DNA from: a virus
Taxonomy: Duplodnaviria; Caudoviricetes
Reading direction: 5' to 3' (one strand)
IMG/VR virus record: IMGVR_UViG_3300013947_000028
Location: 1-64,000 of that record
DNA: 64,000 nt
Position numbers and translations under genes: made by a program. Positions 59,701 through 64,000 of the stretch are shown piece by piece. The notes under the pieces were generated by a model. The model was given only the letters and a program-made list of their open reading frames with translations, had not been told where the DNA came from and ran no database searches. The first letter of the stretch is position 1. Each line of letters starts with the position of its first letter.

Positions 59701-60093
59701 ATGAAATATTTTTACATATTATTGACTTTACTTCTTTGTATTAGTTGTAAAACTAAATATCAATACATAGAAGTACCGAAAGAAACTGTTAAAGTAGAGT
59801 ATAAAGATAAACTGATTCATGATAGTATTTATAATATAGATAGTATTTACATTAAAGAAAAGGGAGATACTGTTTATCATTATCAGACTAAACTTCAGTA
59901 TAAGTATAAGTATATTAGGGATACTATTTATAATAAAGATACTATTAAAGTTACTGCAGTTAAACCTGTAGAAGTAACTAAAGAAATAGTTACCAATAAA
60001 ATTAAATTGCATCAGAAAATCTTTATATGGTTAGGAGGAGTATTTGTGTTATTTATAATATATAAATTAACAAAATACATTAAGAGAGAATGA
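59701..60093 (+). CDS. Lipoprotein with a C-terminal TM (unimolecular spanin-like)
   Basis: MKYFYILLTLLLCISC lipobox-like signal; HDSIY/RDTI beta repeats; C-terminal TM. Confidence 0.65.
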   Translation: MKYFYILLTLLLCISCKTKYQYIEVPKETVKVEYKDKLIHDSIYNIDSIYIKEKGDTVYHYQTKLQYKYKYIRDTIYNKDTIKVTAVKPVEVTKEIVTNKIKLHQKIFIWLGGVFVLFIIYKLTKYIKRE

Positions 60094-60410
60094 TTGATTT
60101 AGGTGTAATAGTTACAGCTTTAGTAGGAGTTTTAACAAGTGGTGCTACAAGCTGGATTACTTGGTTTATTACTAAAAAGAAATATAATGCAGAAGTTGAT
60201 GGAGCATTGTTAGATAATATGAAAGAATCACTTAATTTTTATAAAGAATTAAGTGAAGATAACAAAAGAAGACTGGAAGATGTCTTAGATAGAAATAAAC
60301 AATTAGAAAAAGAAGTTTCAGATTTAAGACGTCAAGTTACAGCAATGCTTAGTACAATATGTACAGATTTAACTTGTATGCACAGAATAAGTAAAAATTT
60401 AGAAGATTAA
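60090..60410 (+). CDS. Holin/antiholin-like protein (N-terminal TM plus coiled coil)
   Basis: TM helix followed by a coiled coil ending C...C. Confidence 0.5.
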   Translation: MIDLGVIVTALVGVLTSGATSWITWFITKKKYNAEVDGALLDNMKESLNFYKELSEDNKRRLEDVLDRNKQLEKEVSDLRRQVTAMLSTICTDLTCMHRISKNLED

Positions 60411-60414
60411 AGAT

Positions 60415-60906
60415 ATGGCAGAAAAAAAAAGAATTGGTACACTTAAGGGTAGACCTATTGTTGAAATAGAAGAAGGCAAAGAGTTCCTTCAAACTAAAAA
60501 TGAATTAAGATTTAATAGTAATACTGGTACTTTATCATCTAATACTGGGGATTTCACCGCTGATTCAGTGACTAATAAAATGCGTGAAATTTTTATGAAC
60601 TATATAGATTATGCAGCAGATCCTGATTCTGCATTTTGTAGTGTAATATCTGATGAAGTTATTAGTTTTATTAAAAAACACGCTATTAAATGTTGGCCAT
60701 CAGGCAGCATAGGTTATGCTACATATGGTAATATAAATAAAATAGCTCCCTATTTTGCAACTTATAGGGAAGACCTTGCCCCAGGCACTTATTATTTATG
60801 TGGATGGAATGAGGGCTGTCAACTAGCGGTTATAAAAATTATCCCAAATGATAATGGTGGCTATAAAATAGCAGGAAGGGGCAAATATTTTAATTTTTGG
60901 TTTTAA
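60415..60906 (+). CDS. Hypothetical protein
   Basis: 163 aa ORF; IGTLKGRPIVE N-terminus. Confidence 0.5.
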   Translation: MAEKKRIGTLKGRPIVEIEEGKEFLQTKNELRFNSNTGTLSSNTGDFTADSVTNKMREIFMNYIDYAADPDSAFCSVISDEVISFIKKHAIKCWPSGSIGYATYGNINKIAPYFATYREDLAPGTYYLCGWNEGCQLAVIKIIPNDNGGYKIAGRGKYFNFWF

Positions 60907-61385
60907 TGAAAATAATTGTAGATAGAAAATATAAGAAAGCAACTTATACAATAAGTAATCTTACTATAGATGGTAAATGGTTTTGTAATGTTGTAGAGGA
61001 TACCGATAGAAACTTAGATAACACTATGTCTTCCTCTCATATACAAAAAGTTAAAGATGTTAATGGTAATGGCATAAATGATGATGCTATTACAGCAATA
61101 CCTAGAGGAACATACAAAGTCACACTTAATGTAGTTTCTCCTAAATTTAATAAGAAGGATTACTATAAAAAGTTTTGTAATGGTAAGGTTCCTCGATTAC
61201 TTAATGTACCAGGTTTTGATGGTATCCTAATGCATTGTGGTTCTACAGCTAAAAGTAGTGCAGGATGTTTAATTTTAGGTTATAATAAAATTAAAGGTGG
61301 TGTAGTTGATTCACAAAAAGCTTTTGAAGCAGTGTATAAAGAATTACTAAAGGATAAAGATAATATTACAATTGAAATAAAATAA
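60906..61385 (+). CDS. DUF5675-type putative endolysin
   Basis: YTI..L, TAIP.GTY, PRLLNVPGFDGILMH.G and SAGCLILG motifs. Confidence 0.8.
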   Translation: MKIIVDRKYKKATYTISNLTIDGKWFCNVVEDTDRNLDNTMSSSHIQKVKDVNGNGINDDAITAIPRGTYKVTLNVVSPKFNKKDYYKKFCNGKVPRLLNVPGFDGILMHCGSTAKSSAGCLILGYNKIKGGVVDSQKAFEAVYKELLKDKDNITIEIK

Positions 61386-61433
61386 TAGCATTTTACTGCT
61401 ATAGTTTTTCTAGTGTTTTCATAATGTTTGGTG

Positions 61434-61479
61434 AAGGAGTAGTAACATTAGTTGCTGCTCCTTTTTGTATGTATTTTTG
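61434..61479 (+). terminator. Terminator followed by a TATTTTTG promoter box (61472-61479)
   Basis: AAGGAGTAGTAAC/GTTGCTGCTCCTT stem plus T-run. Confidence 0.65.
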
Positions 61480-61531
61480 TGATGTAAGCTTACAAATTTA
61501 TTTAATGTTTAACTTTTAAATAGATAAAGTT

Positions 61532-62440
61532 ATGTCAGAAGAAGCAACTAAAACTTATGTGTTTGGACAAGATAGTAACAGTTTATTATCTATGTTAGCC
61601 CCATTATGTCAGCAAAGAGGTGTTGACCCTAATGTACTTTTAGCAATGAAAGATAAAAATAACTTTGGTGAAGGTGGCTTTCTGTGGGTTATCTTCCTCT
61701 TCTTCCTCATGGGTTGGGGTGGTTATGGTAATGGATTTGGCTTTGGTGGTAGAACTGGTGAAGGTCTTGCTAATCAAATTAATAATGATTATGGTAGAGA
61801 CTTACTCCTTCAAGCAATTAATGGCAACGGCAATGCTATTAGCCAACTTGCCACTACTCTTAATTGTGATATTAATGCTGTACAAGGTGCTATTAATGCA
61901 GTAAATAACAATGTAAGTAATGTAGGTAATCAAGTGGGTATGACAGGTCAGCAAATTGTTAACTCTATTCAAAGTGGTAATCAGCAGATTGCTGCTCAGT
62001 TAGCACAGTGCTGCTGCAATACTCAGCAGAGTATCCTTAAAATGGGATATGATAATCAAATAGCTACTTTAAATCAGACTAATCAATTAGGAAGTAAAGT
62101 TGAAGGAGGTACATCACAAGTAACTAATGCTATTGCTAACCAGACAGCCCTTATTAATGATAAGTTCTGTCAACTTGAAATGAGAGATATGCAGGCTAAG
62201 ATTAATCAATTACAAGAGGAAAAGAGTACCTTACAGAATCATATTAGTAATGCTAATCAAACCTCTCAAATTCAAAGCTATATAGCAAGTGTAGTTAACC
62301 CTATTGCACAGGAAGTAAATGCAATTAAATGTGCTCAACCTAATACAGTAACAGTTCCTTATCAACCTTTTGTAACAGTTCCTAACTGTGCAGCTTATCA
62401 ATTAGGATTAGTTAATAACAATCAGAATCTTTGGTTTTAA
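61532..62440 (+). CDS. Membrane-associated Q/N-rich coiled-coil protein with a CCC motif
   Basis: FLWVIFLFFLMGWGG..GFGFGG followed by a heptad-like region and AQCCC. Confidence 0.7.
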   Translation: MSEEATKTYVFGQDSNSLLSMLAPLCQQRGVDPNVLLAMKDKNNFGEGGFLWVIFLFFLMGWGGYGNGFGFGGRTGEGLANQINNDYGRDLLLQAINGNGNAISQLATTLNCDINAVQGAINAVNNNVSNVGNQVGMTGQQIVNSIQSGNQQIAAQLAQCCCNTQQSILKMGYDNQIATLNQTNQLGSKVEGGTSQVTNAIANQTALINDKFCQLEMRDMQAKINQLQEEKSTLQNHISNANQTSQIQSYIASVVNPIAQEVNAIKCAQPNTVTVPYQPFVTVPNCAAYQLGLVNNNQNLWF

Positions 62441-62454
62441 GAAAGGAGGTAGTT

Positions 62455-62778
62455 ATGGCTATTAGTATAAGATATCTCAGTAATATAAATGGTATTCCCA
62501 GATTAGAATCTAATAGTGTAAATGTTAATAGCACTAATGTAACATTTGCTTTTACTAATCCAGGAGTAAGATTTAACACTGAATATAATGGGTTAATATT
62601 GCTAAAGTTTAATCAATCTATACCTACAGGAACTACTGATACATTACCTATAATGATAAATAATCAGGCAGTTACTACCTATAATAATGCAGCTTTAACA
62701 GTTGCTAATTTTAAAGGGACTGGTATATATTTAGCATACTATGATAGTAGTACTAAAGTACTGCAAATCATTGAGTAA
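62455..62778 (+). CDS. Small beta-rich hypothetical protein
   Basis: Start ATG 62455, preceded by AAAGGAGGT. Confidence 0.65.
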   Translation: MAISIRYLSNINGIPRLESNSVNVNSTNVTFAFTNPGVRFNTEYNGLILLKFNQSIPTGTTDTLPIMINNQAVTTYNNAALTVANFKGTGIYLAYYDSSTKVLQIIE

Positions 62779-62811
62779 TATACACTTTTATAATTTTAAA
62801 ACTACTAGGTT

Positions 62812-63336
62812 ATGTTTCAATCATTAAGACAAAATAGTCCTATCTATATCTTTCATAAAATAGATACTCCTTATTTAGAAGTAGGCTCAGTATACTCTAC
62901 TAGTTTACCTAAACCTAAATATGCAGTTCCTGCTACTTTTACAAATACTCAAGAAATGTGTGTAGACATAGTAGTTAAAGTTGGTAATACTTCAATTAAC
63001 TATAATAATCTTCCTGCTAATCTTGATATAGCTGACAGTACTAGTAATGGTGATAATATAGTTATAGCATCTAGTAAAGAAGCAATGAACGCTGAAATAT
63101 TAAGTTTAAAACAAAAGAGTATTGATGAATTAAATAGAAGAGAATATAATGAGAATATAGTGAAGAACTGTGATAAAATATTATCAGAATTAAATCCTGA
63201 ATTTGCAGAGAAACAAGCTCAAAAAGCTGAAATAGATTCTTTAAAACAGCAAATGCAAGAGATGTCTAAAAATATGCAAAGTCTTATTGATATGAATAGA
63301 CAATTAATGAAACAAGTACCTACTAATAAAGAATAA
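62812..63336 (+). CDS. Hypothetical protein with a C-terminal coiled coil
   Basis: 174 aa ORF. Confidence 0.65.
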   Translation: MFQSLRQNSPIYIFHKIDTPYLEVGSVYSTSLPKPKYAVPATFTNTQEMCVDIVVKVGNTSINYNNLPANLDIADSTSNGDNIVIASSKEAMNAEILSLKQKSIDELNRREYNENIVKNCDKILSELNPEFAEKQAQKAEIDSLKQQMQEMSKNMQSLIDMNRQLMKQVPTNKE

Positions 63337-63340
63337 TATT

Positions 63341-63547
63341 ATGAGACTTTGGGAATTAAGAGAAGGTATGGAATCAAGAGATTCCTATCCTAGAAAAAGA
63401 AGAGATGATGATTATGGTTACTCTACCAAAGGTAGAAGTAGATATGATGAAGATGATGAGGATTGTGATGATTATGAAGAAGGATATAAAGCTGGCTATA
63501 AGGCAGCTAAAAGAAAATACTCTCACATGACAGAAGATAGATATTAA
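63341..63547 (+). CDS. Small D/E/R/Y-rich disordered protein
   Basis: YEEGYKAGYKAA motif. Confidence 0.6.
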   Translation: MRLWELREGMESRDSYPRKRRDDDYGYSTKGRSRYDEDDEDCDDYEEGYKAGYKAAKRKYSHMTEDRY

Positions 63548-63558
63548 TTATTAACTAT

Positions 63559-63582
63559 AAGGGAGTAGTAATACTCCCTTTT
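63559..63582 (+). terminator. Terminator-like hairpin
   Basis: AAGGGAGTA-GTAA-TACTCCCTT followed by TT. Confidence 0.6.
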
Positions 63583-63597
63583 ATTATTTATAAAGAT

Positions 63598-64000
63598 ATG
63601 AGATTAGATATGTATGATAAATTACCATCAGGAATGAAAGAATACATTAGTTATTATGGTTGGCATTTTAATAAAAAAATGTGTGAGTTTGCTTGTAATA
63701 ATATGTATAAAATTGATGATACAGGACATAAAGAATATATACAACCTTATACTAAAGAACAAATTGATTCTCTTTTAAAATCGTATAATATTAATTTACA
63801 TGATTCTACTTATGATTATGTGTACATAGCTAATATGTGTAAAGCAGATTTTTATGGTTCTTCTATAACAGATGAGCATAAACTATGCTTATATATTAAA
63901 GATGTTATTGATGATAAAGATTCATATGAAGGAATGATTTTTACTAGATTTTATGCTGATTGTATAGGTAGTGGAACTCCTATTTACTGGGAAGATTTTC
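63598..64000 (+). CDS. Hypothetical helical protein (YGWHF...YIANM.KADF...DD.D..EG..F.RFYAD); runs off the window
   Basis: ATG at 63598; open to the end of the window. Confidence 0.7.
   Translation, partial: MRLDMYDKLPSGMKEYISYYGWHFNKKMCEFACNNMYKIDDTGHKEYIQPYTKEQIDSLLKSYNINLHDSTYDYVYIANMCKADFYGSSITDEHKLCLYIKDVIDDKDSYEGMIFTRFYADCIGSGTPIYWEDF

Overview
An AT-rich segment of a crAss-like (Crassvirales) phage genome, probably infecting Bacteroidota, read in the standard genetic code. Two divergent arms meet at about 38.85-39.3 kb. The minus arm carries small early genes, then an SF2 helicase, DnaB, AAA ATPase, SSB-like protein, primase, rIIA/rIIB, UDG, nucleases, NrdD/NrdG, dUTPase, a retropepsin-like protease, PolA and ThyX, ending in the N-terminus of a giant virion protein (likely RNA polymerase/cargo). 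The plus arm carries a RepL-like initiator with 22-bp-period repeats upstream, a PI-PLC/lysozyme/LysM cassette, tRNAs, a GroES-like protein, TerL, portal, fibre-like genes, a GT2 glycosyltransferase, lysis genes and an uncharacterised 5-gene operon. Six self-splicing elements can be mapped to the base: three group I introns in nrdD (two with HNH-AP2 endonucleases), one in dnaB (LAGLIDADG), an HNH intein in thyX (with a frameshift), and an HNH-encoding group I intron inside the anticodon of tRNA-Leu(UAA). The tRNA intron is the most striking element. All functional calls come from motif recognition by eye; no database searches were run.
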